Shown: positions 1 to 8,801 of the stretch, piece by piece | Layout: the number at the start of each line of letters is the position of its first letter | How positions within the stretch are numbered: position 1 is the stretch's first letter | Source of the DNA: Candidatus Latescibacterota bacterium | GTDB lineage: Bacteria; Latescibacterota; UBA2968; UBA8231 | DNA length: 64,000 nucleotides | NCBI GenBank assembly: GCA_965248265.1 | Contig: CBDFJF010000001.1 | Location: 2,784,001-2,848,000, forward strand | Direction of reading: 5' to 3' | The notes under the pieces: model-generated | Databases searched by the model: none | What the model saw: only the letters and a program-made list of their open reading frames with translations | Told to the model about the DNA's origin: nothing | Position numbers and translations under genes: made by a program

Positions 1-122
1 CGCAGACTGCCCCTGACAGAATCCCCGACGATGAGAGCGCCGGTCAATACAGAGGTCGCCACGGCGGCCCCGAGCGCCACCGACACGCTCAGACCGCGGT
101 AGTACCTCAGACTTCGAAGCAC
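1..122 (-). CDS. ABC transporter permease (FtsX/MacB-like), 5' part only; runs off the window
   Basis: Not in the ORF track. The minus frame from the GTG at 122 reads VLRSLRYYRGLSVSVALGAAVATSVLTGALIVGDSVRGSL, a typical N-terminal TM segment of large ABC permeases. It overlaps the 3' end of the ABC ATPase. Confidence 0.7.
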   Translation of the reverse strand, partial: MLRSLRYYRGLSVSVALGAAVATSVLTGALIVGDSVRGSL

Positions 123-823
123 TGACCGTCTCTCAACTCCAACCGGCGGCCGCAGCGCGCGGCGATGTCCATACTATGACTGACGACGATGAGCATGTTA
201 TCCTCAGCCCGGTGAAGCTCGAACAAGAGTCCGGCAACAGCTTCGGCCGTGGAGTGGTCGAGGTTACCGGTCGGCTCGTCGCACAGGAGCAACCCGGGAC
301 GATTCATCAGGGCCCGTGCCACGGCCGCACGTTGACATTCCCCACCCGAAAGCTCGGCTGGCGTATGGTGTGCCCGTTCTTCCAGGCCGACACCCTCCAG
401 CAATTCCAGCCCGCGTGCACGCGCATCGGCATCGATGCGAGCAAAGGCCAGCACCGGCATGAGTACGTTTTCGAGCACGGAGTACTGCGGCAGCAACTGA
501 TGATTCTGGAAGACAAAACCGATGCCCCGGTTTCTGAAGCGTGCCAACGCACCCTCTTGCAGAGAGAAAGGATCCTCGCCGTCAATGTCGATGTGCCCGT
601 CGCTGGGTGGTTCCAAGGTGCCGATGATGTGGAGAAGGGTGCTCTTTCCAGAACCGGAGGGCCCGGTTATCGCCATCGACTCTCCAGCTTGCAAGCTGAA
701 GCTAATGCCCTCGAGAACCCGTACCTCATCTTGCCCGCGGTCGAAGCCCTTGCACAGAGAGGCAACCTCCAGACTGGCCGGTCGATGATCCATAAGCCGC
801 GATGGATGATCCATGAAGGTCAC
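107..823 (-). CDS. ABC transporter ATP-binding protein (LolD/MacB-like)
   Basis: Walker A GPSGSGKS, IGFVFQ, signature LSGGECQR, Walker B LLLCDEPTGNLD, H-loop VSH. Confidence 0.93.
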   Translation of the reverse strand: MTFMDHPSRLMDHRPASLEVASLCKGFDRGQDEVRVLEGISFSLQAGESMAITGPSGSGKSTLLHIIGTLEPPSDGHIDIDGEDPFSLQEGALARFRNRGIGFVFQNHQLLPQYSVLENVLMPVLAFARIDADARARGLELLEGVGLEERAHHTPAELSGGECQRAAVARALMNRPGLLLCDEPTGNLDHSTAEAVAGLLFELHRAEDNMLIVVSHSMDIAARCGRRLELRDGQCFEV

Positions 824-831
824 GGTGGCTG

Positions 832-1257
832 TCAGGCCGGCTTTGCTTCTATCTTGCCGCGTATCCCTGGGGGGATGGTGATCGCCTTCATCTCCTCACC
901 TGGGTTGCAGCGGCAGCAGACTACGGTCAATTCGCCGTGCGCGATCTCAGTCTCCCCTCTCGAAAAGAGAAACTCGTAGGTCATCGATTTGTCGCCGATG
1001 CGGCGGACAGTCAGGTGGATGTCGAGTTCCTCTTCGAAATAGGCTGGGTTGGAGAAGGTGCACGACGACGCCAGACGCGGCCATCCGATGGTGTTGCCAT
1101 CCTCATCTTCTCCCCCGTGCACACACAACCCAAGCGAGCGCAGGAACTCGTGCTCTGCCTGCTCCATCAGAACGTAGAATCGGGAGAAGTGAACGATCCC
1201 GGCCATGTCGGTGTCGACGAACTCGATGCGACGCCGAGTGTCGTATTCATGAGCCAT
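832..1257 (-). CDS. Acyl-CoA thioesterase (4HBT/YbgC hot-dog fold)
   Basis: Motif FVDTDMAGIVHFSRF...EQAEHEFL; 141 aa. Confidence 0.88.
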   Translation of the reverse strand: MAHEYDTRRRIEFVDTDMAGIVHFSRFYVLMEQAEHEFLRSLGLCVHGGEDEDGNTIGWPRLASSCTFSNPAYFEEELDIHLTVRRIGDKSMTYEFLFSRGETEIAHGELTVVCCRCNPGEEMKAITIPPGIRGKIEAKPA

Positions 1258-1275
1258 GAAGCCAGATCCCTCCGA

Positions 1276-1743
1276 TCAGGTTGGCCGGAACAGCGTCACC
1301 AGACAGGCGCCGGTGGCCGCCATGGCGATACCGAGGACAAAGGGCCAGTTCAGCGTGGCCAACCCACCGGCCGGCGGGTGCACGATCATCGCCAGTACGG
1401 CGTTGACGATGGGTGCCCCGGCGAAGACGATCGACATCACTACCGGAGGCGTGCCCTTGGCACCGAACGCCAGGATGACTCCCAGGGCGCCAAGGGCGCC
1501 GGCAATGCCGGCTGCCGTGCTCCACACCACTCCCCTGCTGGCGAAACTCCAATCGGCATCGTTCAGTTTGAGGATCAACAGTGAACCCAGAACACCGGCC
1601 ATCAGGTAGGCCAGACCGACGAACAGGAAGGCCTTGTAGCGACCGTTGATCGGATCCCCCATCGCCATCTGGCCCGTGTGCAGGAGGACGCCGTAGGTCC
1701 CCCAGCACAACACACTCATACCTGCAAAGATATACCAGGTCAT
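1276..1743 (-). CDS. Small multi-pass membrane protein (DMT/EamA-like)
   Basis: About 5 hydrophobic helices; CWGTYG and VMSIVFAGAPIVN motifs. Confidence 0.6.
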   Translation of the reverse strand: MTWYIFAGMSVLCWGTYGVLLHTGQMAMGDPINGRYKAFLFVGLAYLMAGVLGSLLILKLNDADWSFASRGVVWSTAAGIAGALGALGVILAFGAKGTPPVVMSIVFAGAPIVNAVLAMIVHPPAGGLATLNWPFVLGIAMAATGACLVTLFRPT

Positions 1744-1773
1744 TTCCCCCTCCCCTTTTCTCTTGTTGCTGCG

Positions 1774-3063
1774 TCAGACGAACTGCTCGTAGACCCTTCG
1801 TGTTTCCCGTGCCATGATCTGAGCTGAGAACGACTCATGGATGGTTGTCATTCCCCTGCTGCCGATTTCACGGCGCCTTGGGGCATCGTTCAACAGCTGC
1901 TCGATCCCTTCCGCCAGCGACTCGGGCGAGTTGGCCTGGACCAGGATGCCGCCGCCCGTCCACTCAATCAGCTCGGGAAAGCTCCCGTGGCGTGGCTGCA
2001 CCACCGGGACACCGTTGGCCAGTGCCTCTAGAACGTAAAGACCTTTCGGATCCTCATAGACCGTGGGGACAGAGAGCATGTCCAGTGACTGCAGAAAGCG
2101 CAGCTTGTCGCCGCGATCGACTTCGCCGACGAACTCCACTGAACCCTCAAGTCCGGCAGAGCGAAGACGCTCCACCACCTTCGTATAGTACATCCGGTCG
2201 CCTCGACCGAGCCAGCCTGCTACCCGCAGACGCACGGGGACGGGTGCGGCGCGCTGCGCCACCAGCTGGTAGGCATCCGCTAAAAGGTGCAGACCTTTTT
2301 CCGGGGCGATGCGAGCGAGATAGCCGATGGTAAAGGGCGAATCGGGACGATTCTCAGCGACGCCGCATCCAGACAGATTCACCCCCAGTTTCACCAGATG
2401 AAAGCGCGATGCAGGTAGCGCCAGGTAGTCACTCATGAAATCGGAGTACCACTGGCAGGGCGAGATGATGCCATCGATGTCCTGCGACCTGGCCTGGAGC
2501 GTCGTGTGGGCGACGGATCGACAGGGCTCCACCAGAGCGTCGAGGAACAGCTCCTCCCCCTGGATGCTGCAAAGGACCGGTACGCCCAGCTGCTCCTTGA
2601 GGTAACGGGCCATGCCCGAGAACATGGAATTGGTGAGATGAACGATGTCCGGATTTACCTCGTCGCGGATCCAATCGACCAGGCGCCGCAATTCCTTCTT
2701 CTGATGACCGGTCTCGCCGTTGAGGACGGAAACGGTCAGGCCTCCAAGGTCTGTGGCGCTGGTGCTGGCACTGAATGTGTTCGACACCCAGCGCAACAGC
2801 GACGGACGGTCAAACAGCCAGTCTACCATCCGTGGTGTATGGCGGAACAGGGACAGCTTCTCCTGGAGGAAGACATTGACGCCACCGTAAAAAATGTTCC
2901 CCTCGACGCTGACGCCGTCTTCGTCCGTGCGCAGTGGTGTGTAAGTGGGGATCAGCGTCACCTCGGTGCCCTGTTGCAGCAGCGCGGCGGCGAGGGTGTT
3001 GTCGTGGATGCAGCTGCCGCAGTACATGCCCCCGGCCCCGGCGGCGATGTAGGCGACCCGCAT
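1774..3063 (-). CDS. Glycosyltransferase family 4 (GT-B)
   Basis: Start taken at MRVAYIAAGAGGMYCGSC (ATG 3063, overlapping the symporter stop). Motifs GYLARIAPEKG and EDPKGLYVLEALANGVPVV. Confidence 0.88.
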   Translation of the reverse strand: MRVAYIAAGAGGMYCGSCIHDNTLAAALLQQGTEVTLIPTYTPLRTDEDGVSVEGNIFYGGVNVFLQEKLSLFRHTPRMVDWLFDRPSLLRWVSNTFSASTSATDLGGLTVSVLNGETGHQKKELRRLVDWIRDEVNPDIVHLTNSMFSGMARYLKEQLGVPVLCSIQGEELFLDALVEPCRSVAHTTLQARSQDIDGIISPCQWYSDFMSDYLALPASRFHLVKLGVNLSGCGVAENRPDSPFTIGYLARIAPEKGLHLLADAYQLVAQRAAPVPVRLRVAGWLGRGDRMYYTKVVERLRSAGLEGSVEFVGEVDRGDKLRFLQSLDMLSVPTVYEDPKGLYVLEALANGVPVVQPRHGSFPELIEWTGGGILVQANSPESLAEGIEQLLNDAPRRREIGSRGMTTIHESFSAQIMARETRRVYEQFV

Positions 3064-4526
3064 CAGTTTGACGGAAAGAACCGGTCGACGACGCTCTTGT
3101 CCGGTGGTCGAGTGAGTAGCGATCCGACGATCATGGCCACCGTCGAGGCCGCCAGAATCACGGCAACGGGCATGATGCCGGTGTCGCCGAGGGTGTGACC
3201 GGGGGACTCCCATCCTATCTGGAAGAAGTAGGTCCACAGGCAAGCCACCGTGACCAGCGCCGCAGCAGCGCCGTACTTCGTGCTGCGCCTCCAGAACAGG
3301 GCGGCCGCAACCAGGGGGAAGAGGGCGGCGAAACCCGTGAAGGACCACACTCCAAGTTTGAAAATACTGCGGTCCGTCGTCAGCGATAGGATGTAGGTGA
3401 CGACGAGAACGAGGGCGACGAAGAGCCGGCCGTAGAGCACCTGCTGTCGCTCACTCATGTGGTCTCGAAAACCGTAGTGGCGGACAATGTCTTGAGTAAA
3501 CATTGTCCCTATCGAGAGCACCTGCGAATCGAGTGATGACATCACCGCGGCGAATACCCCTGCTGCGAGCAGGCCCGCCAGAATCTCGGGAGCGTGCATG
3601 TCGATGACGCGTATGAGAATCGAGTTGGCTGCCGGACCCTTGAGATTCGGAAAATCGATGCGGCCGATGATACCGAGGGTGACACTCGGGATCCACACGG
3701 CGGCGATACAGATGGGATAGATCTTGAGCGGAACCCGGAAGGTCTGGGCGCGGCGAGCCGTCAGCCAGTGCATGAACATGTGCGGGAACATTCCGACGGA
3801 CAGAGGGATGCAGGTGTAGGTCAGCAGCTTCAATGGCTTGATCTGCTCCCCGCGAATGAGGAGGTCCGGATGACTCTCGGATACCGTCTTCATCGCCTGA
3901 TGCAGTCCGCCGTGCTGATGAAGAATGAAGAAGAAGGCGGTCCCGCCGAGGATGACGAAGACGAGTGTTTGAAAGGCGTTGGCCCAGGCGGTTCCGCGCA
4001 GCCCGCCGTAGCAGACGTAGGTCAGGACGACGAGACAAACCAACAGTCCCCCGACCCATTCCGGCACATCGCCTTTGGTGATTTGATGCAGGGTGATGCC
4101 GCCACCGGACACCCCGATGAGGAGGTAGGGGATGAGCAGGGCAATGAGGACGATGAAGAGTGCCAGTCCGAGCGAGTCTGAGCCCCAACGCTGGCGGAAG
4201 TACTGCACTTGAGTGAGTAGACCGAGTCGCTTTCCCAATGCCCACACGCGAGTGCCAACGAAGAAGAAGACGCAGGGAATGATCAACGCCGAGGACGAGG
4301 CCATCAGGCCGAACACAACGATGCCCTCGTGGTAGGCCTCCCCTGACGCGCCAAGAATGGCGAAGGCAGTCATGTTGGTACCAAAGAGCGACATCAGCAG
4401 CAGGAACGGACCGATCGAGCGACTGGCGACGAAGTAGTCTTCCCCCGTGCCGCGAAAGAGGCGGTGACTCAGGCTACCGATGGCGACTACCAGACACAGG
4501 TAGAGGATGATGATGGTCAGCGTCAT
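3063..4526 (-). CDS. Sodium:solute symporter (SSS; PanF/PutP-like)
   Basis: DYFVASRSIGP, YGGLRGTAWAN, AAVMSSLDS; about 13 TM helices. Confidence 0.92.
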   Translation of the reverse strand: MTLTIIILYLCLVVAIGSLSHRLFRGTGEDYFVASRSIGPFLLLMSLFGTNMTAFAILGASGEAYHEGIVVFGLMASSSALIIPCVFFFVGTRVWALGKRLGLLTQVQYFRQRWGSDSLGLALFIVLIALLIPYLLIGVSGGGITLHQITKGDVPEWVGGLLVCLVVLTYVCYGGLRGTAWANAFQTLVFVILGGTAFFFILHQHGGLHQAMKTVSESHPDLLIRGEQIKPLKLLTYTCIPLSVGMFPHMFMHWLTARRAQTFRVPLKIYPICIAAVWIPSVTLGIIGRIDFPNLKGPAANSILIRVIDMHAPEILAGLLAAGVFAAVMSSLDSQVLSIGTMFTQDIVRHYGFRDHMSERQQVLYGRLFVALVLVVTYILSLTTDRSIFKLGVWSFTGFAALFPLVAAALFWRRSTKYGAAAALVTVACLWTYFFQIGWESPGHTLGDTGIMPVAVILAASTVAMIVGSLLTRPPDKSVVDRFFPSN

Positions 4527-4753
4527 GGCGCCTCGTCATCCTCCTCGTCGACTTCCAGATGTTCAGGCCAGGCGTAAGTGACCAGCAGGGTCAGCATCAC
4601 GGCGGCGGCCAAACAGAACAGGATGTGGTAGACGAAACCAACGGGTAAGCCGGCAACCAGGCCGGCATCGTGCCACAACCACAGGTCATTGTGGAGCAGG
4701 TACAGGAGGAAGGCCATGAGGTAGAGCAGCCCACGTGAGACCGAATTGCTCAT
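4523..4753 (-). CDS. Small membrane protein, DUF3311-like (SSS partner)
   Basis: LHNDLWLW...GLPVGFVYH; two TM helices; coupled immediately upstream of the SSS gene. Confidence 0.75.
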   Translation of the reverse strand: MSNSVSRGLLYLMAFLLYLLHNDLWLWHDAGLVAGLPVGFVYHILFCLAAAVMLTLLVTYAWPEHLEVDEEDDEAP

Positions 4754-6024
4754 GGTTTGCTCGTCTCCATCTGTTGCCCGTATTGAGGAGGCACTTCGCA
4801 CATTTCACCGAGCGGGGCCAGCACCCGCTGAACATCCTCGGTTTGCAGATTTCCACTGAGAATATCGACAATCCCACGCCGGCATTCCGGATGCCGCCTC
4901 AGGAACTCGCTGAAGCTGAATTCATCTTCGTAGAAAGCGTACACCAGACGGCGCACCGCTTCCATGCCTCGCAGGTAGTGCTGTTCGAATTTGCCGAGTT
5001 GGGCAGCGCTGGTGTCGTCGCTGGCCAGACCCTCGATGATGGCATCTGCCGCCATTTCGCCTGATACCAGCGCCAGGTACACGCCAGAAGAGTAAATAGG
5101 ATCCACGAACCCGAACGCATCGCCAACCAGGACCCAGCCATCGCCGGCGATGCGATCCGCCCGGTAGGAGAAATCCTGCGTCACCTTCGCCGGCATGATC
5201 CGCTGGGCACCAGCCAGACGTTGCTGCATCGGCTCACACAGGGCTACTTCTTCAGCGAAGATCTCTTCAGCATCGCCGTCGCGCCCGCGCAGCAGGTAGT
5301 CGAGCGCCCCGACCACGCCGACACTGACGCGATCGTCGGGCAGTGGAATGTACCAGAACCAGGATTGTTTGTGGCGAGTGTGCAGGATGAGAGTTGCCCC
5401 CTCGTCGATGCCGTCGTCGCGGAGTCCCCCGACGAAGTGGGTGAAGATGGAAGCCTTTTTCAATCTTGGTTCCAGCTTCTTCACGCCCAGACGACGGGCG
5501 ATCAGGGCGCTTTGTCCGGTGGCATCCACGACCACCCTTGAGCTCACCTCGCGTTCACCGCCATCCGTGGCAACCGCCCTAACCCCTGTGGCCCGCTCGC
5601 CGTCGAAGAGAACCTCCCGGACGGGGACTCCCTCGACAACATGGGCTCCTTTGTCACGCGCGTTCTCCATCATCATGCCATCGAACTCGCTGCGCACGAC
5701 CTGCCACGTCACCGCACTGTCGTGCGGGTCGAACTCCTGGAAGTAGAACGGGGCCGAGCCGCGACCGGAGGCCCCGAAGAACTGGACGCTGTACTTGCGC
5801 GGAAACGAACTCGCTTCCAGCCGCTCCAGCATCCCCAGCCGCTTGAAGGTCCAGTAAGTCCCCGGCATGAGGGACTCGCCAACCTGGAATGGCGAGGTGG
5901 CATCGCGCTCCAGCAACAGAACGCTGTGTCCCTGTTGCGCGACCAGTGTGGCTGCGGTGGAGCCGGCTGGTCCTCCGCCGATGACGATGACATCATAGCC
6001 GTCTTTGATGTCGCCTTCCTTCAT
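4750..6024 (-). CDS. FAD-dependent oxidoreductase, flavin-dependent halogenase type
   Basis: GGGPAG Rossmann motif, VGESL, DATG, WFWYIPL (WxWxIP), GDAFGFVDPIYSSGV. Confidence 0.82.
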   Translation of the reverse strand: MKEGDIKDGYDVIVIGGGPAGSTAATLVAQQGHSVLLLERDATSPFQVGESLMPGTYWTFKRLGMLERLEASSFPRKYSVQFFGASGRGSAPFYFQEFDPHDSAVTWQVVRSEFDGMMMENARDKGAHVVEGVPVREVLFDGERATGVRAVATDGGEREVSSRVVVDATGQSALIARRLGVKKLEPRLKKASIFTHFVGGLRDDGIDEGATLILHTRHKQSWFWYIPLPDDRVSVGVVGALDYLLRGRDGDAEEIFAEEVALCEPMQQRLAGAQRIMPAKVTQDFSYRADRIAGDGWVLVGDAFGFVDPIYSSGVYLALVSGEMAADAIIEGLASDDTSAAQLGKFEQHYLRGMEAVRRLVYAFYEDEFSFSEFLRRHPECRRGIVDILSGNLQTEDVQRVLAPLGEMCEVPPQYGQQMETSKP

Positions 6025-6029
6025 GGCCC

Positions 6030-7364
6030 TCAAAACCCTTGCGGACGCGGGCGGCGATCGGTAACCCGTTTCGCTTTGAGTTCGAACCGGGGAAGTTCCC
6101 CGGGGCCGGCGAGCTCAACGCCGGCGCGGATTCCCAGGTTCGTGTGCAACGCGTGCTGTAGCTTTCCTTGCAGAATCCCCGAATCATCCGATTCGCCATC
6201 ACAAAGCTCGACTCGCACCAACAGCTCGTCCATCTCACCCTGGCAAAAGGCCTCGACAGCGAACTCGACAACCTGATCGAACTGACGCACGGCGCTTTCG
6301 ATGGCGCTGGGGTAGACGTTGATACCGCGTATGATCAAGACGTCATCGAGACGGCCGATGACACCGCCGGCAAGCCGGCGATAGGTCCTTCCACACGGGC
6401 AATTGTCCTGTTGGTGCCAGCGCACCCGATCGCCGGTGCGATAGCGAATTACCGGCATTGCCGTACGATCCAAATTCGTAATCACCAACTCCCCTTCTTC
6501 ACAGGGTTGCTGCGTCTGCGGATCCAGCACTTCACAAATGAACTCGCTCTCGTTCACGTGCAGGCCGTCCTGGACTTCACACTCGAATCCCCAGGCACCC
6601 ACTTCCGTCGCCCCGGCATGGTCGAAACAACGAGCCCCCCAGGCCCGTTCGATCTTGCTCTTGGTAGCCGGAATACTGGCCCCCGGCTCACCGGCGTGAA
6701 TGGTCCTGCGAACGGCGGAGTTGGCGATGTCCAAACCCAATCCCCGTGCGACCTCAGCCAGGTGCAGTGCGTAGGTCGGAGTGCAGACCAGCACGGTGGC
6801 TTGGTTCGCGAGAATCGCCTGTAGACGTTGAGGAGAAGACATACCACCCCCCGTAATCGCCAGCGCGCCCAGCTGGGAAGCCCCCTCGCAGGCGCTCCAG
6901 AAACCGATGAACGGCCCGAACGAGAACGCGAAAAAGATGCGGTCGTCAGCCCCGACTCCGGCGGCGCGGTAGACGGCCTGCCAACAGCGGCCCCACCAGC
7001 TCCAACTCTGGGCAGTATCCAACCACCGCAGGCGCTCTCCCGTGGTCCCGGAAGTCTGATGCAGACGGGCGTAGGCTTCGTGTGGCAGACTGCAGTTGGT
7101 GCCGTATGGCGGATATGCCTGCTGGTCTTCGGACAACTCGTCCTTGGTCGTGTACGGCAAGCGCGTGAGGTCCGCCAGGGACGCGATATCCGTGGCTGCC
7201 CGTATCCCTGCCGCGTGGAGTTTATTGCGATAGAAAGGATTGTCCTCCAGCATGATCGTCAGCTGCGACCGCAACCGTTCGAGTTGCTGCTGTTCCAACT
7301 CCCCGCGCGCGAGCGCTTCGCAGGCAACTATGTTGCTGTGTGGAGTTGAAGTCAGCTCAATCAC
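6030..7364 (-). CDS. Phenylacetate-CoA ligase (PaaK)-family adenylate-forming enzyme
   Basis: LPYTTKDEL, HQTSGTTG, GEPG, DHAGATE, IRYRTGD, GRLDD, GINVYPSAIE. Confidence 0.88.
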   Translation of the reverse strand: MIELTSTPHSNIVACEALARGELEQQQLERLRSQLTIMLEDNPFYRNKLHAAGIRAATDIASLADLTRLPYTTKDELSEDQQAYPPYGTNCSLPHEAYARLHQTSGTTGERLRWLDTAQSWSWWGRCWQAVYRAAGVGADDRIFFAFSFGPFIGFWSACEGASQLGALAITGGGMSSPQRLQAILANQATVLVCTPTYALHLAEVARGLGLDIANSAVRRTIHAGEPGASIPATKSKIERAWGARCFDHAGATEVGAWGFECEVQDGLHVNESEFICEVLDPQTQQPCEEGELVITNLDRTAMPVIRYRTGDRVRWHQQDNCPCGRTYRRLAGGVIGRLDDVLIIRGINVYPSAIESAVRQFDQVVEFAVEAFCQGEMDELLVRVELCDGESDDSGILQGKLQHALHTNLGIRAGVELAGPGELPRFELKAKRVTDRRPRPQGF

Positions 7365-7445
7365 CTGGGGTGGTCAACTGCAAACAGACGATCTCGGACA
7401 TGTCCCGCACGTAGGCACTTCGGTGGATGAAGTGTGCCGTCGTCA

Positions 7446-8795
7446 TCACGTATAGCGTGAGTTTCGGTAACGCTCATCGTAGAAGGCCGGCAGCAACTGG
7501 TCAACACGCAGCATCCCGTCAGCTGTGAGCTGAACCTCGTCGGCGTCAAAGGCCAGCATGCCCTCGGACTGCAGCGCCTGTAGGGGTTGCTCAAATCGGG
7601 TGATGATGTCGACGCCGTGACGCTCCCGAAAGTATTGGGGATGCACCTGCCCGAGTTTGAGTTGCAGTATCAACTCACGTGTCAGCCGCTCATCAGCCGT
7701 GGTCTCAAATGCCCGGTTCACGGGTAGCTGGTGACGGGACAGCGCTTCGAGGTAGTCGTCCCAACGGTCCTTGTTCTGGTAATGGACACCACCCATATGC
7801 GAGATCGCGGACACCCCCGCGCCGATCATATCGCTGCCGCGCCACAGGGCATCACGATACACGAAACGCTGATCGCCCCGCGTCTCTTTGACCACTGTAT
7901 AGGCGCTGGAGGCTCTGTAGCCATGCGCTTGAAACTGATCGAACGCGTACTGATGCCACTCGCGCTTGGTTTGCCAATCAGCAGGTCGAATGTCGCCATT
8001 GCCATCGCCGGTGAGCGCTTTGGAGTACACTGTATTGTAGGGCAGTTCCATCTGGTACACAGTGACGCTGTCGGCATCCAGATCTATGGTCCGTTGCACA
8101 GTGTCACGCCACGTCTCCCAGGTCTCTCCAACCATGCCGGCAATGAGATCGACGTTGAGCTGGTCGAACTCCTGCTGCCTGATCCACGGCATGACCCGGT
8201 AAACCTCCTCCGATATATGAGCGCGCCCGTTCTCTCGCAGGATGGCATCGTCCAGATTTTCCACACCCAGACTTAGACGCGTGACTCCAACCTCCCGAAT
8301 CGCCACCAGCTTGGCCTCGGTCAGGGTGCCGGGTTCGCACTCGAAGCTGATCTCCTCGGCCGCATCCCAGGGAAGCACGTCGTGCAACTTGCTCACCAGC
8401 GAGCGCAGGTGACGCGCACTGATGTAGGAGGGAGTGCCGCCACCGAAGTAGACGAACTTCAGAGGGCGACCCTCAATGCGGGGCCGCCCTAAGTACATCT
8501 GGACTTCGTCAACCAGCGCTGTCAGGTAGCTGTCGATCTGCGCCGCATTTTTGTCCGTGAAAACGCGAAAGTAACAGAACTTGCAGCGCTTGCGACAGAA
8601 TGGAATGTGCAGGTAGAGACCGAGATCCGTGGCGTGCACAGGCTCCGAGTTCAGCGCCTCGGCTACCGCTCCCACCTGTTCTTCCGACCAGAACGAATAG
8701 GGTGGATAGTTCGACACGAAGACGCTGCCGACCTCGGTGTCGGAGAGAATGTCATCGAGCCTGGTGGTAGCGGGCTCGGGTTTGATTTCACTCAA
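7446..8795 (-). CDS. HemN-like radical SAM enzyme (class C type)
   Basis: LYLHIPFCRKRCKFCYF (CxxxCxxC), YFGGGTPS, RLSLGV, NVDLIAG, GAGVSA; HemN_C-like tail. Confidence 0.9.
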   Translation of the reverse strand: MSEIKPEPATTRLDDILSDTEVGSVFVSNYPPYSFWSEEQVGAVAEALNSEPVHATDLGLYLHIPFCRKRCKFCYFRVFTDKNAAQIDSYLTALVDEVQMYLGRPRIEGRPLKFVYFGGGTPSYISARHLRSLVSKLHDVLPWDAAEEISFECEPGTLTEAKLVAIREVGVTRLSLGVENLDDAILRENGRAHISEEVYRVMPWIRQQEFDQLNVDLIAGMVGETWETWRDTVQRTIDLDADSVTVYQMELPYNTVYSKALTGDGNGDIRPADWQTKREWHQYAFDQFQAHGYRASSAYTVVKETRGDQRFVYRDALWRGSDMIGAGVSAISHMGGVHYQNKDRWDDYLEALSRHQLPVNRAFETTADERLTRELILQLKLGQVHPQYFRERHGVDIITRFEQPLQALQSEGMLAFDADEVQLTADGMLRVDQLLPAFYDERYRNSRYT

Positions 8796-8801
8796 GGGGA
8801 A

